From Octopus bimaculoides (lineage: Eukaryota), in NCBI RefSeq assembly GCF_001194135.2, contig NC_068989.1, forward strand, positions 16,293,286 through 16,327,499: 34,214 nucleotides of DNA, in the 5' to 3' direction. The position numbers were made by a program, and so were the translations under genes. Within the stretch, counting starts at the first letter, position 1, and every line of letters begins with the position of its first letter. Positions 1 to 11,730 of the stretch are shown in pieces. A model generated the notes under the pieces. The model saw only the letters and a list, made by a program, of their open reading frames with translations, did not search any database and had not been told where the DNA came from.

Positions 1-407
1 ATATATATATATATATATATACGCACACACTCATATGCACGTGTATAATTAGAAGCATTCAAAACGCCTGTACTTGTTGCTTCTATTATGTATATGATAT
101 TAATTATCTCTAATGAGTTTACGACGTTGCTGTTTTATAATCCAATTGTTTTTCTTTTGTTCCTCTTTCTTTTGGAGATATTAAGTAATATAATTTCAGA
201 TTCTTCTCGACTATCAGTACCCTTTTCAACCCAATCCACTTCACCCAGTCCTAGCTGTTTCTCTTCTAATGGCGGCCTTAACATCTTCCTCATTTTACTA
301 AGCTTTCAATCATATTACTAATCGCTTTCACTCCCTTGGCATTCTTCTTAATGGCTGCTAATATGCTTTCGTATCATTTCATCATTAATGTCTCTTTTTC
401 TCTTGTC

Positions 408-429
408 CTGTCTCTCTCTCTCTCTCTCC

Positions 430-516
<87 letters not shown>
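408..516. repeat. (CT)n(CA)n compound microsatellite
   Basis: Directly visible. Similar tracts at about 5725-5850, 13790-14030, 32710-32830, 33593-33890 and 34164-34214. Confidence 0.98.
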
Positions 517-518
<2 letters not shown>

Positions 519-859
519 CCTATTCGCCCCTTTTTCTCATTTTCCATATTCTATCTTGAATATTACACAAACTTTCAAATATGCCAAATCCTTTTCTACT
601 ACCATTAATATCGGGTTTCAAGGAATCGATTATGAGATTGAGATATTTTCCAATGGCCTAAGGTAAATCGGTCGAAAGTTCATTTAATGCCCCTAACTTC
701 TTTAAATCTAGACACTGTACACTTAGCCAAACATCTCTCCGATTTGGAAAATGAATACTAGATTAATCTGCAGTAAATAAATTGCTCTTGGGTGTAACTC
801 TCCTAAAATTATTATTGTCATCATTAATATTGTAAGAATTATTATTAATAGTATGGTTG

Positions 860-1027
860 GGCCGCGAGTTGGCAGAATCGTTAGCACTTGGGACAAAATG
901 CTTAGCAGCATTTCCTCTGGCTCTTTATTATCTGAACTCAAATACCCACTAACTCAACTTTGTCTTTCTAACTTTCGGAGTCGATAAGATAAAGTACCAG
1001 TCAAGTACTGGAGACGGTGTAATCTAC
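860..1027 (+). mobile_element. SINE family A copy (degenerate)
   Basis: Head gcgagttggcagaatcgttagcac and core ...gtcgataagataaagtaccag shared with many other copies in the window. Confidence 0.85.
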
Positions 1028-1711
1028 ATGACTCTTACACTCAAAATTGTCATTATTAATATTATTATAGTGGCGGATTGTCAGAATCGTCAGGATTTTG
1101 ATAACTCTCAAAAGTTACAAGGCTATGGAATGGAAGGTTTGTGTCCAGTTGAAAGTGCCGAGACAATGGGAAAGAAACTAATGGTACAGAGCAAAGTCTC
1201 CAGTTGCTATACTTGTGATAACAAAAACTTTTTAAGCGCTTTTGTTCTTAACTAGAAAGGGTTAAAAAAAATAAGAGAAAACAAGAATAAACATCTCCAT
1301 TGAACATTCACAAAGAATATTTTGTCTTCTTGTTTGAATTTGGCATCACAAGAATAAAAGTATCGTCTGTTGCGTAGTATATTTAATATCTTCTATTTTG
1401 GAAAACATAAATTAGATCAATGATTATTATGTTTTGTCATGTATAACTATTTACATGGCCAAGTGTTTTTTTTTCTTTTTTCTCTATGTAAATTTATTTA
1501 CACGATTTTCTTTAAAACTAAATATTTCGTAATTTTATTTTTGTCTATTATTGATTCGAGAAGATCTACAATATCTTCAAATAGATACAACACCCTCGAA
1601 ATCAGTAAATGATAATGTAAGAATTGTAAATCCATGTTTGCCAAGGACATTCAAATGTTGTCTGCATTCACTGCCATGAGGAGCTGTAATTCTGTACTTT
1701 TGTAATTATTT

Positions 1712-1786
1712 AAATTTATAATATATTCTTATAAAAATTTATGATATATTCTTCTAAAAATTTATAATATATTCTTATAAAAATTT
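1712..1786. repeat. 23-bp minisatellite, about 3.3 copies
   Basis: aaatttataatatattcttataa / aaatttatgatatattcttctaa / aaatttataatatattcttataa. Confidence 0.9.
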
Positions 1787-2131
1787 GTGAGAAACAGTAA
1801 TTCTTCTTAATATATAATGTAGCTAAGAAATAATGGTAGTTTGAATATAATTTAGTTAAAAGAAAAATATTGGGTCCATTGGACCCAGTTGGTAATTAGT
1901 GACATACATTTTCTCTGATAGACCAAGGGTTAAGAGAGTCAATGTGATTTGCAGGATATTTAGCGGATATGTCTGGTCGTCGACAACATAATCTCACTTA
2001 ATGGTTCGAAAATTAATGACCGTATATGTTGTTGGTATGTTTTATTATTGTTTTTATTGTTAGTTACCTTATTTTGTTGTGCTCCATCCTTTCCCCAGAG
2101 CAAAAATACTTATAAAAATATTTTACTTCAG

Positions 2132-2235
2132 GTACAGTTGGTGCTTACAAGGACTGTACTTCTAACGGCACCTGGTGGCGCAATCCCCAAACTCAACAAG
2201 AATGGTCTAACTACAGCACCTGTATCGATATTGAG
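2132..2235 (+). CDS. Class B1 GPCR (calcitonin/DH31 receptor-like), exon encoding the C-terminal half of the extracellular hormone-binding domain
   Basis: ttttacttcag|GT...GAG|gtaagt. Translates (phase 1) xTVGAYKDCTSNGTWWRNPQTQQEWSNYSTCIDIE, matching the C-x2-NG-x-W...W-x-NY-x2-C motif of secretin-family ectodomains. Ends in phase 0. Confidence 0.93.
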
Positions 2236-2273
2236 GTAAGTCATATGGTTTCTAATGTTGGCACACAAGTATA

Positions 2274-2480
2274 TGGCGAGCTGGCAGAATCGTTACCGCG
2301 CCGGAAAAACTGTTTAGCGGCATTTCTTTCTACTTTATGTTCTGAGTTCAAATGCCACCGAGGTCGACTTTGTCTTTCTTTCCGGGATCGATTAAATAAG
2401 TATCAGTTGAGCAATGGAGTCGATCTAATTAACTTACCCCTCCTCCGAAGTTTCTAACCGAGAGCGAAAATTTGAGACTA
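2274..2480 (+). mobile_element. SINE family A copy
   Basis: ggcgagctggcagaatcgtta...gttctgagttcaaat...gaggtcgactttg...gtcgatctaat. Confidence 0.9.
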
Positions 2481-2824
2481 ATTTTGGTACACGAGATAAT
2501 ATATCGGTGCTACCGCCTGGCCAAGTGTTGCGCTCACGAAACTGTGGTTTCGATTTCTCGGACAAGGCGGTGCGTTATGTCCTTGAGCGAAATACTCTAC
2601 AATCACTTCGACATCTGATTTGTATCACACTCTGCATACGTACAGGCAATGTTGATTTGACGGAGTGAGGGAGTTAATACACAGCAGAAACATTTAATCA
2701 CTATAAACGAGTCATTATTGCAGGTTGTTCCATAAAATGTTGAGGAAACCCTTTCCATCGTTTTCGACAAGGAGGTCCACCATATATGCATATTCATATA
2801 TCGTTCTTTTTCTTCTCCTTACAG

Positions 2825-2916
2825 AAACATCATGTCATCATATTTGTCGATACAACTTTCAGCCTGTTTAGTATAATCCTGCTGTTACCAGCCTGTGTCA
2901 TATTTCTCTACTTCCG
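2825..2916 (+). CDS. Class B1 GPCR exon, TM1
   Basis: ttttcttctccttacag|AAA...CG|gtgagt. Translates KHHVIIFVDTTFSLFSIILLLPACVIFLYF(R), a hydrophobic helix ending in IF-x-YFR. Phase 0 to 2. Confidence 0.92.
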
Positions 2917-3422
2917 GTGAGTAATCAGCGTGTCGTTGGACACTTACTGTGTCTAGTTAAATAATCCGTCATTTGTTTTCTAATATTCTATATTTATGTG
3001 ATCTACACAAAACTAAGATTAAAGTTAAGTCTTCTTGCCTTTTGCCAAGAGGATCCCAATGAACTTATAACTGCAGAATTCTTCTATTCACCCGTCATCA
3101 ACCAATATGGTGCTGTAATTATCATTAAAACTGCCATAATTTTTCTGTTCTGCGTTCAGCTCCATATAACCTACCTAAAAGACCATATTTTAAAATTTTT
3201 CCTTCAACAGCTCTATCTACCTTAACATCTCGTGCTCAGAATTGCCAAATGCACGATCTTTTTCTGTCTAGAAATAGCTGGTTGGCCTATTACAAATCTC
3301 AAACTATGTGTTCAAAAAGGAAGCCCAAAAATTGACTGCAACTGTTAGACCTCCAGAAATATGTTCTAGAGTAGCAGTTTTCAAACTGACAGATGTCAGC
3401 CCTCCCAATCCACACACATAAA

Positions 3423-3812
3423 GTGGCTGTGTGGTAAGTAGCTTGCTTACCAACAACATGGTTCTGGGTTCAGTCCCACTGCGTGGCACCTTGGGCAGGT
3501 GTCTTCTACTATAGCCTCGGGCCGACCAAAGCCTTGTGAGTGGATTTGGTAGACGGAAACTGAAAGAAGCCCGTCGTATATATGTATGTATATATCTGTT
3601 TGTGTGTGTGTATATTTGTGTGTCTGTGTTTGTCCCCATCATCGCTTGACAACCGATGCTGGTGTGTTTACGTCCCCGTAACTTAGCGGTTCAGCAAAAA
3701 GAGACCGATAGAATAAGTACTAGGCTTACAAAGAATAAGTCCTGGGGTCGATTTTCTCGACTAAAGGCGGTGCTCCAGCATGGCCACAGTCAAATGACTG
3801 AAACAAGTAAGA
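3423..3812 (+). mobile_element. SINE family B copy (tRNA-like head, CORE-like segment, internal microsatellite), near full length
   Basis: gtggctgtgtggtaagtagcttgc...ggttcagtcccactgcgtggcaccttgggcag...(TG) tract...gcggtgctccagcatggccacagtcaaatgactgaaacaagtaagag. Recurs at about 5.9-6.7, 13.5, 20.0, 25.1 and 31.1 kb. Confidence 0.92.
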
Positions 3813-3834
3813 GTATATATATATATTATATAAA

Positions 3835-4260
3835 AGATCGTGGGTAAGGCCAAAACAATGCGAAGTCAATGTATTTACTTTTGCTCCTGCTGCTTAACAA
3901 GTGTTGTCTGAGAGAGTTTATGCGACATTCAAAGGCTGTCTGTACTGATATCAAGTCTCTACCTCCTTTATTTCTTAAGTAGAGCCTGTCGATTTCACTA
4001 TTTCTGTGGAGATTTCCAGTTGATGTGAAAATCTTGCGGATTTGAATGTCTATGAAGTGGATTTCTTCTACAAACAAGTATCCCAAGTGCTGGAATCAGC
4101 GCTAGGACTGCAAATGTATTGTAGGATGTCTTATAAGAGGAGAGTTGAGACTGCTATATTTTTTCTTAATCTGGTGCAATATTCTTGGGTCACTCTATCT
4201 TTATTCACGGTACCTTCGTACGATATATTCTAATCAATACCTAGGTACTTCTAGCGTTCT
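3835..4260 (-). mobile_element. R4/Dong-like non-LTR retrotransposon fragment (end of RT/thumb region), decayed
   Basis: Minus-strand translation gives KYLGI...EYCTRLRK...IDIQIRKIFTSTGNLHRNSEIDRLYLRNKGGRDL, matching the YKYLG...HPKSDxDRLYLxRxxGGRGL pattern. Contains stops and frameshifts. Confidence 0.8.
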
Positions 4261-4606
4261 TTGTGTGGCACAGGAGAGAGAGTGGGACCATTAAAGTATA
4301 GGTTTTCTGTCTGGGGAACTGATTTTCCCAGTTCAACAGTCAAATAGGAACATTTCTTCTGGAAATATTACATTCGTATGTCAGCTGAAAATTCCAGCTG
4401 TTTTTTTTTTTTTGGCATTGTTAACATTCTTAGTATAAATCTTGAGGTCATCCCCCAAAAAATTATGGATTACAGTAATATGTATGTCATTATTCGGTTT
4501 ATTTCAAGATTTCTTGTCAATAAAGAAAGAACCGGTTTCTAACATAGATCCAAGGTTCCTTCATTGGAATTTCAACATCAGCAACAGGGTATTTTTTATA
4601 TGTGTG

Positions 4607-4747
4607 TATGTATGTATGTATGTATGTATGTATGTATGTACGTATGTACGTATGTATGTATGTATGTATGTATGTATGTATGTACGTATGTATGTATGTA
4701 TGTATGTACGTACGTACGTATGTATGTATGTATGTATGTATGTATGT
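4607..4747. repeat. (TATG)n tetranucleotide microsatellite with TACG variants
   Basis: Directly visible. Similar tracts at about 20305-20395 and 20900-21030. Confidence 0.97.
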
Positions 4748-5753
4748 GTAGATTTGTATGCTTTATGTATGTATTCTCATGCATATAGTTACATATCTAG
4801 ACAGGCTCATATATATTTAAATGATAAACTTCTGGAAAGGTTTACAGACTTTTACAGTTCCAGTGAAGGATTGGATCTGTAGCATGAAACTCGAGACGGT
4901 AGACGATTTCTCAGGTTTGAGAGAAAGAGAAAATTGATATACAGACATCAAAACCTAATTCCACTGTAATTAAGACGTCAATAATAAACTTCATTAAACA
5001 CCAGTACATTATACAAACTTGCAAAATCGGCTGAAATGAACTTTTATAGTATATTTAGAATTTATTGCATATTTAGAATTTAAAATATTTTTAAATGTAT
5101 AAATTTCACATAAAAATCTTAATTTTTCTCTTCCTTGTCCTCGCGATTTTTTCTCTTTCTCGTTCATATTTAAATCAGTAGGTGTTTCTTGATTATCATG
5201 TTTTCCCCGATTATTTGGGTAAACATCACTTTTGAATTAATTTAATTCAATTTAATTAATTATGTATCTTAGGTTCGTAATTGTATTGAAAACGACGTGT
5301 ATCGCTAATGAAAAAGCTGTCGAAAATAATTAAATTATGAAGTATATATGAGGTTTAGCTTTTCCGATTTCTTTTCTAAATATATATGTGTATGCCTAGA
5401 AAATATACATACGTACATATATGTGTGTATGCGGGGAGAGAGGGGGGAGGAGAGAGAGGGAGAGAAATAATGTGGGTGGCTAATTCACAGTCTTATAACC
5501 TGACAAGGCGAGCTGAGTTTAACTCTCTGATGAGCATTACGATGCATAAGCATTAAAATGCGAAATCATTGATGATCTGGCTATATCTTCTGATGTAGGG
5601 AGCTTGCCTCCCTTGTCATTCATTAAGATATGGCTTTCTGTAGCTATTGAGTTGATTTGACTCTTATTTCTAGCAACAGCGGTGCTGATAGAGCCCTTTG
5701 TCACTTTAGAGACGTATATATTTATCTCTCTCTCTCTCTCTCACTCTCTCTCA

Positions 5754-5844
<91 letters not shown>

Positions 5845-5914
5845 ACACATACAAAAAACAAAAAACCATATGTGGATGTATATATATTTATACACATATG
5901 GTTGTTTGTATATA

Positions 5915-6662
5915 TACTCTTTACTCGCTTTTACTCTTTTACTTGTTTCAGTCATTTGACAGCGGCTATGCTGGAGCACCACCTTTAGTCGAGCAAATCG
6001 ACCCCAGGACTTATTCTTTGGATGCTTAGTACTGATTTTATCGGTCTCTTTTGCCGAACCGCTAAGTTACGGGGACGTAAACACACCACAATCGGTTGTC
6101 AAGCGATGTTGGGTGGACAAACACAGACACACAAACATATACACNNNNNNNNNNNNNNNNNNNNNNNNNNNNNNNNNNNNNNNNNNNNNNNNNNNNNNNN
6201 NNNNNNNNNNNNNNNNNNNNNNNNNNNNNNNNNNNNNNNNNNNNNNNNNNNNNNNNNNNNNNNNNNNNNNNNNNNNNNNNNNNNNNNNNNNNATAAGGGG
6301 CATTACTACAGAATAATGCCACACACTGGACATCCCAAAATAAACACATTTATATAAATATAAAAGAATAATTATATTCTTGGGAATCGAAATTCCCCTT
6401 ATGAATTCTTTTACACACTGGCTTCCTGATAAAATTCTTGTAAAATATTTTTATCCCTTTTTGAATTTATTAATCAAATATATATATACATACATATATA
6501 CGACGAACTTCTTTCAGTTTCCGTCTACCAAATCCACTCACAAGGCTTTGGTCGGCCCGAGGCTATAGTAGAAGACACTTGCCCAAGACGCCACGCAGTG
6601 GGAATGATCCCGGAACCATGTGGTTGGTAAGCAAGCTACTTACAACACAGCCACTCCTGCGC
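5915..6662 (-). mobile_element. SINE family B copy, split by an N gap and about 190 bp of other sequence
   Basis: 3' half at 5915-6144 and 5' half at 6481-6662 are reverse complements of the 3423-3812 copy. Confidence 0.88.
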
Positions 6663-7238
6663 TTATATCAAAGATTTATGCCTAAAGTGCCGTGCATTGA
6701 TATCAAACCCAAGACCACATAGTTGTCAAATCAACTTTTTCACCATGTGCCCATGCCTGCGTTATAATGAGAGTGCCGCAAGCATATTTCTATGATTCAA
6801 AAGAAAAAAAAATTCAGAAAAAAATGCTCTTATCATTTGACAGGGTGAATATTTTGATGAAGATTTTAATATGATAAAAGACTTCGAATGTAATTTTTGA
6901 CAGCAAAATCAAAAAGTACACGAGATAAGATTCACTTTTTTTAAAATTCAGATGTAGAAATATGCAATCACATTTTCACGTCGATTGATTACTCAGCGAT
7001 ATTACAGACAAATTATCGATATGGGTAATGATGAAAATGGTAGCGATAACGCAAAGTTGATAACACTAAAGTATAAGAGTATATTTTCCTGGAAAGTGTG
7101 TTACAGTAAAGCAAAATAGCTTAGACGGAAATAAAAAAGGCAAAAGAAAATTAAATGAGTGCTTCAATTAGTTGATTAAATAAGATTTATTAATTCTTCC
7201 AGATCAGTTAGTGAAAAATACAGTTATCCATATCCTTA

Positions 7239-7250
7239 TTATTATTGTTG

Positions 7251-7309
<59 letters not shown>

Positions 7310-7354
7310 GTTGTTGTTGTTGTTGTTGTTGTTCTTGTTGTTGTTATTATTATT
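7239..7354. repeat. (TTA)n/(TTG)n microsatellite
   Basis: Directly visible, immediately upstream of a SINE A head. Confidence 0.97.
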
Positions 7355-7356
7355 AA

Positions 7357-7587
7357 GACGGCGAGCTGGCAGAATCGTTAGCACGCCGTGCGAAATGTTT
7401 AGGGGTATTTCGATTGCCGCTACGTTCTGAGTTCAAATTCCACCGAGGTCGACTTTGTCTTTCATCCTTTGGAGTTCGATTAAATAAGTACCAGTTGTAC
7501 ACTAGGGACGATGTAATCGACTTAACCCCTTCCCTAAACTTACTGCCCTTGTGGCAAAATTTGAAACCATTATTATTATTATTATTT
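7357..7587 (+). mobile_element. SINE family A copy with (TTA)n tail
   Basis: Well-preserved ggcgagctggcagaatcgttagcacgccg...gtggcaaaatttgaaaccattattatt. Confidence 0.93.
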
Positions 7588-7944
7588 TATGTTTGACTTT
7601 TGTTTTGCATTTATACAAGTTGGATCCAAGTCTCACCCAGAGACCTCAAGAGACAACAAGTTAGAAGTTCATGTAGGTGTTATGCCTAGGGTACCATATA
7701 TTTGGATTTGTACAGTTTTGTTCAAGTGAATGTTTAAGAAACCATAAGAAAATTATGTGTTTGCTTTAAAATTTGAGATCACATAGACAGTATTTTACGT
7801 AGGATATGGGCAGTTCCCATGAGCACTATCTTTTGAACTTCAGCCATTTTGGGGTTTCCTGGAATCTGATCTAGGTAGTAATCAGCCCGTTTCGCTGTCA
7901 TTCCCAGGGCACCTATGACAATAGGTATTGTTTTCGTCTTCAGA
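7588..7944 (-). mobile_element. 3' end of an R4/Dong-like (RLE) non-LTR retrotransposon
   Basis: Minus strand reads LKTKTIPIVIGALGMTAKRADYYLDQIPGNPKMAEVQKIVLMGTAHILRKILSM* (stop at 7779-7781), then about 190 nt of 3' UTR abutting (TAA)n. The 5' part runs into the N gap. Confidence 0.88.
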
Positions 7945-8871
7945 NNNNNNNNNNNNNNNNNNNNNNNNNNNNNNNNNNNNNNNNNNNNNNNNNNNNNNNN
8001 NNNNNNNNNNNNNNNNNNNNNNNNNNNNNNNNNNNNNNNNNNNNNNNNNNNNNNNNNNNNNNNNNNNNNNNNNNNNNNNNNNNNNNNNNNNNNNNNNNNN
8101 NNNNNNNNNNNNNNNNNNNNNNNNNNNNNNNNNNNNNNNNNNNNNNNNNNNNNNNNNNNNNNNNNNNNNNNNNNNNNNNNNNNNNNNNNNNNNNNNNNNN
8201 NNNNNNNNNNNNNNNNNNNNNNNNNNNNNNNNNNNNNNNNNNNNNNNNNNNNNNNNNNNNNNNNNNNNNNNNNNNNNNNNNNNNNNNNNNNNNNNNNNNN
8301 NNNNNNNNNNNNNNNNNNNNNNNNNNNNNNNNNNNNNNNNNNNNNNNNNNNNNNNNNNNNNNNNNNNNNNNNNNNNNNNNNNNNNNNNNNNNNNNNNNNN
8401 NNNNNNNNNNNNNNNNNNNNNNNNNNNNNNNNNNNNNNNNNNNNNNNNNNNNNNNNNNNNNNNNNNNNNNNNNNNNNNNNNNNNNNNNNNNNNNNNNNNN
8501 NNNNNNNNNNNNNNNNNNNNNNNNNNNNNNNNNNNNNNNNNNNNNNNNNNNNNNNNNNNNNNNNNNNNNNNNNNNNNNNNNNNNNNNNNNNNNNNNNNNN
8601 NNNNNNNNNNNNNNNNNNNNNNNNNNNNNNNNNNNNNNNNNNNNNNNNNNNNNNNNNNNNNNNNNNNNNNNNNNNNNNNNNNNNNNNNNNNNNNNNNNNN
8701 NNNNNNNNNNNNNNNNNNNNNNNNNNNNNNNNNNNNNNNNNNNNNNNNNNNNNNNNNNNNNNNNNNNNNNNNNNNNNNNNNNNNNNNNNNNNNNNNNNNN
8801 NNNNNNNNNNNNNNNNNNNNNNNNNNNNNNNNNNNNNNNNNNNNNNNNNNNNNNNNNNNNNNNNNNNNNNN

Positions 8872-8990
8872 AGATAAAATAAGTACTAGGAAAACACTGG
8901 GGTCGATGTAATCGACTATTCTCCTCCCCACAAATTTCAGACATTGTACCTTTAGTAGAAAACATTATTATTATTATTATTATTATTAAG
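8872..8990 (+). mobile_element. SINE family A 3' half with (TTA)n tail
   Basis: gataaaataagtactagg...ggggtcgatgtaatcgact...gtagaaaacattattatt. Confidence 0.85.
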
Positions 8991-9000
8991 ATTATTAAGA

Positions 9001-9253
9001 TTATATAGGACTGAGGTAACTCCTCCAGAAGTTATACAGAAATAAGAAATAGAAGTGTGCCATAGTTATGTGAAATTGGTTGAACGATATTTCGGCATCT
9101 AGCGTGCGTTCCACAGGTTCAAAAATTACATGTCAGTGTACTTCATTTTTTGTTAACATTATATAGGACTGAGGTAACTCCTTCAGAAGTTATACAGGAC
9201 TAAAAAATAGAAGAGTACCGAAATATCATTCAACCAATTTCACATGATAACTA
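9001..9253 (-). mobile_element. Short non-autonomous element with a partial tandem duplication, a terminal inversion and a hammerhead-like motif (Penelope-like architecture)
   Basis: A 158-bp unit (9001-9158) is partly repeated (9159-9219), followed by an inverted copy of 9063-9095 at 9218-9253. The same family occurs at 17198-17443. Confidence 0.7.
9080..9122 (-). ncRNA. Minimal type I hammerhead ribozyme-like motif (decayed)
   Basis: Minus strand TTGAAC-CTGTGGA-ACGCACGCTAGATGCC-GAAA-TA-TC-GTTCAA: 6-bp helix I, core one change from CUGANGA, remnant stem II, GAAA, AUC site. Confidence 0.6.
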
Positions 9254-9440
9254 GGACGCCGCAAAATTGTTTAACGGTATTTCCTCTATCTTTAGGTTCT
9301 GAGTTCAAATTCTGCCGAGGTCGTCTTTGCTTTTCATCCTTTCGGGGTCGATAAATTAAGTACCATTTGCGTACTGGGGTCGATCTAATTGACTGCCCCC
9401 CGCCCCAAAAAAATTGTGCCTAGAGTAGAAAAGAATATTA
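9254..9440 (+). mobile_element. SINE family A copy, 5'-truncated
   Basis: gttctgagttcaaattctgccgaggtcgtctttgcttttcatcctttcggggtcgataaattaagtacc. Confidence 0.9.
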
Positions 9441-9919
9441 CAATCCTTGTTAATCTACTCAAGCAATTCCATAAGTCCGACTGGATATTTCGAATATACC
9501 AATGTAGACTGGGACAAACTGCAACGACAAGTATTCGATGTGATATATGAAAGTTCTGTTGTGAAATAAGACGCGTCGTTCCAGAGAGATTCATGGGATC
9601 GAAAGCTGTTTGACTGACAGAATGCACTCTGCGTAGAAGCAAAACTACGATTAAATCTTTGATAATTCTCGGCAAATACTGACTGTTAATATTTTCCTGC
9701 AGCACGTTGTCATACTGCTTTATTAGTAGGAGTGGACGGGAACTGATAGGCTCGTCTTGATGGCTTGTCGTAGCTGTCAACGAAAGACATAAAGTGTTAC
9801 GGAAAGTTGTTAACAGCATATGAAATATGGCTGTATGTGAGTGGCTCTGCACGTGTTAAAGCGTTTATTTGCAAGGATTTGCCCAACGCGTTTCTGCTTA
9901 AATCAGGAGAAAATAAATT

Positions 9920-10540
9920 ATCACCATTATCATCATCATCTTTTTCTTCTTCTTCCTCTTCTACTACACCATTATCTTCATCACCACCACCACCACCGCT
10001 GCCGCTATCATCATCATCTTCTTCTTCTTCTTCTTCTTCTTCTTCTTCTTCTTCTTCTTCTTCTTCTTCTTCTTCTTCAGCATCATCATCGTCGTCGTCA
10101 CCACCACCACCACCTCTCCTCCTCCTCCTCCTCCTCCTCCNNNNNNNNNNNNNNNNNNNNNNNNNNNNNNNNNNNNNNNNNNNNNNNNNNNNNNNNNNNN
10201 NNNNNNNNNNNNNNNNNNNNNNNNNNNNNNNNNNNNNNNNNNNNNNNNNNNNNNNNNNNNNNNNNNNNNNNNNNNNNNNNNNNNNNNNNNNNNNNNNNNN
10301 NNNNNNNNNNNNNNNNNNNNNNNNNNNNNNNNNNNNNNNNNNNNNNNNNNNNNNNNNNNNNNNNNNNNNNNNNNNNNNNNNNNNNNNNNNNNNNNNNNNN
10401 NNNNNNNNNNNNNNNNNNNNNNNNNNNNNNNNNNNNNNNNNNNNNNNNNNNNNNNNNNNNNNNNNNNNNNNNNNNNNNNNNNNNNNNNNNNNNNCCTCCT
10501 CCTTTTTTTCCCTGCTTCTACTTCTTTTGCTCTTTCTTTG
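9920..10540. repeat. Compound trinucleotide tract (CAT/CAC/CTT/CCT) spanning an N gap
   Basis: Directly visible. Confidence 0.95.
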
Positions 10541-10727
10541 TCCACTTTCCTTTCTCACCATTACCATTACTGAGTGATAATTCAATTATTCGATTTTTCC
10601 GCTTCATTTCTGTTTCATTGACAGAAATTTGACTTCATTATTTCTGTACAGCGTTTAAAGGCGATATAGTCCTTTCGTCTGTGTTGTGTTATGAGATTGT
10701 GTATTTGTATCTATATGTATATGCGTT

Positions 10728-10767
<40 letters not shown>

Positions 10768-11254
10768 CCTGTTGTGAATATGTGAGACTGCGTGTTGTAT
10801 ATGTGTATGTATGTATATGCCAGAGTGAGCATATGTTAGACATTGCATGACTCTGTGTGTGTATGTCTACGCGCGTACGCTCTCGATGACGTGTATCTTC
10901 TCTGAAACATATATCGAATATGAATTAGCGGTCCAGAATAGCAATTCACTTGAAAATATAATCCAGATCAATATGAAATACTGGATTAGTTGCACCTTAA
11001 TAGAAATAACCAGGAATCCTCCAATACAATTCGAACAATTTGTGTATATAACATTGCGTGCTGATATTTGCTGAGTTTAAAGATTTGTGTGTGCTCGTTA
11101 GAGATTAATTATTGTCGACATATGATCCAATCCATTACACATATGACTAATTTACTGTTGCACTATGAAGTTACTAATTATCAACTATTATAGTTGATAA
11201 TAAATGACAACACACACAAACACATGCATTCATATATACGTAATTTCATGCATG

Positions 11255-11730
<476 letters not shown>

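Noticed and set aside
1255-1933. AAGGGTTAA ends at about 1257 and 1925 resembling piggyBac termini, plus a small tgggtcca/tggaccca hairpin at about 1871
   Set aside because: No matching left terminus or transposase remnant found; too short to support a call.
9807-10632. Long Ser/Glu/His-rich ORFs suggesting a low-complexity protein exon
   Set aside because: Trinucleotide repeat plus gap, with no splice signals compatible with the GPCR phases.
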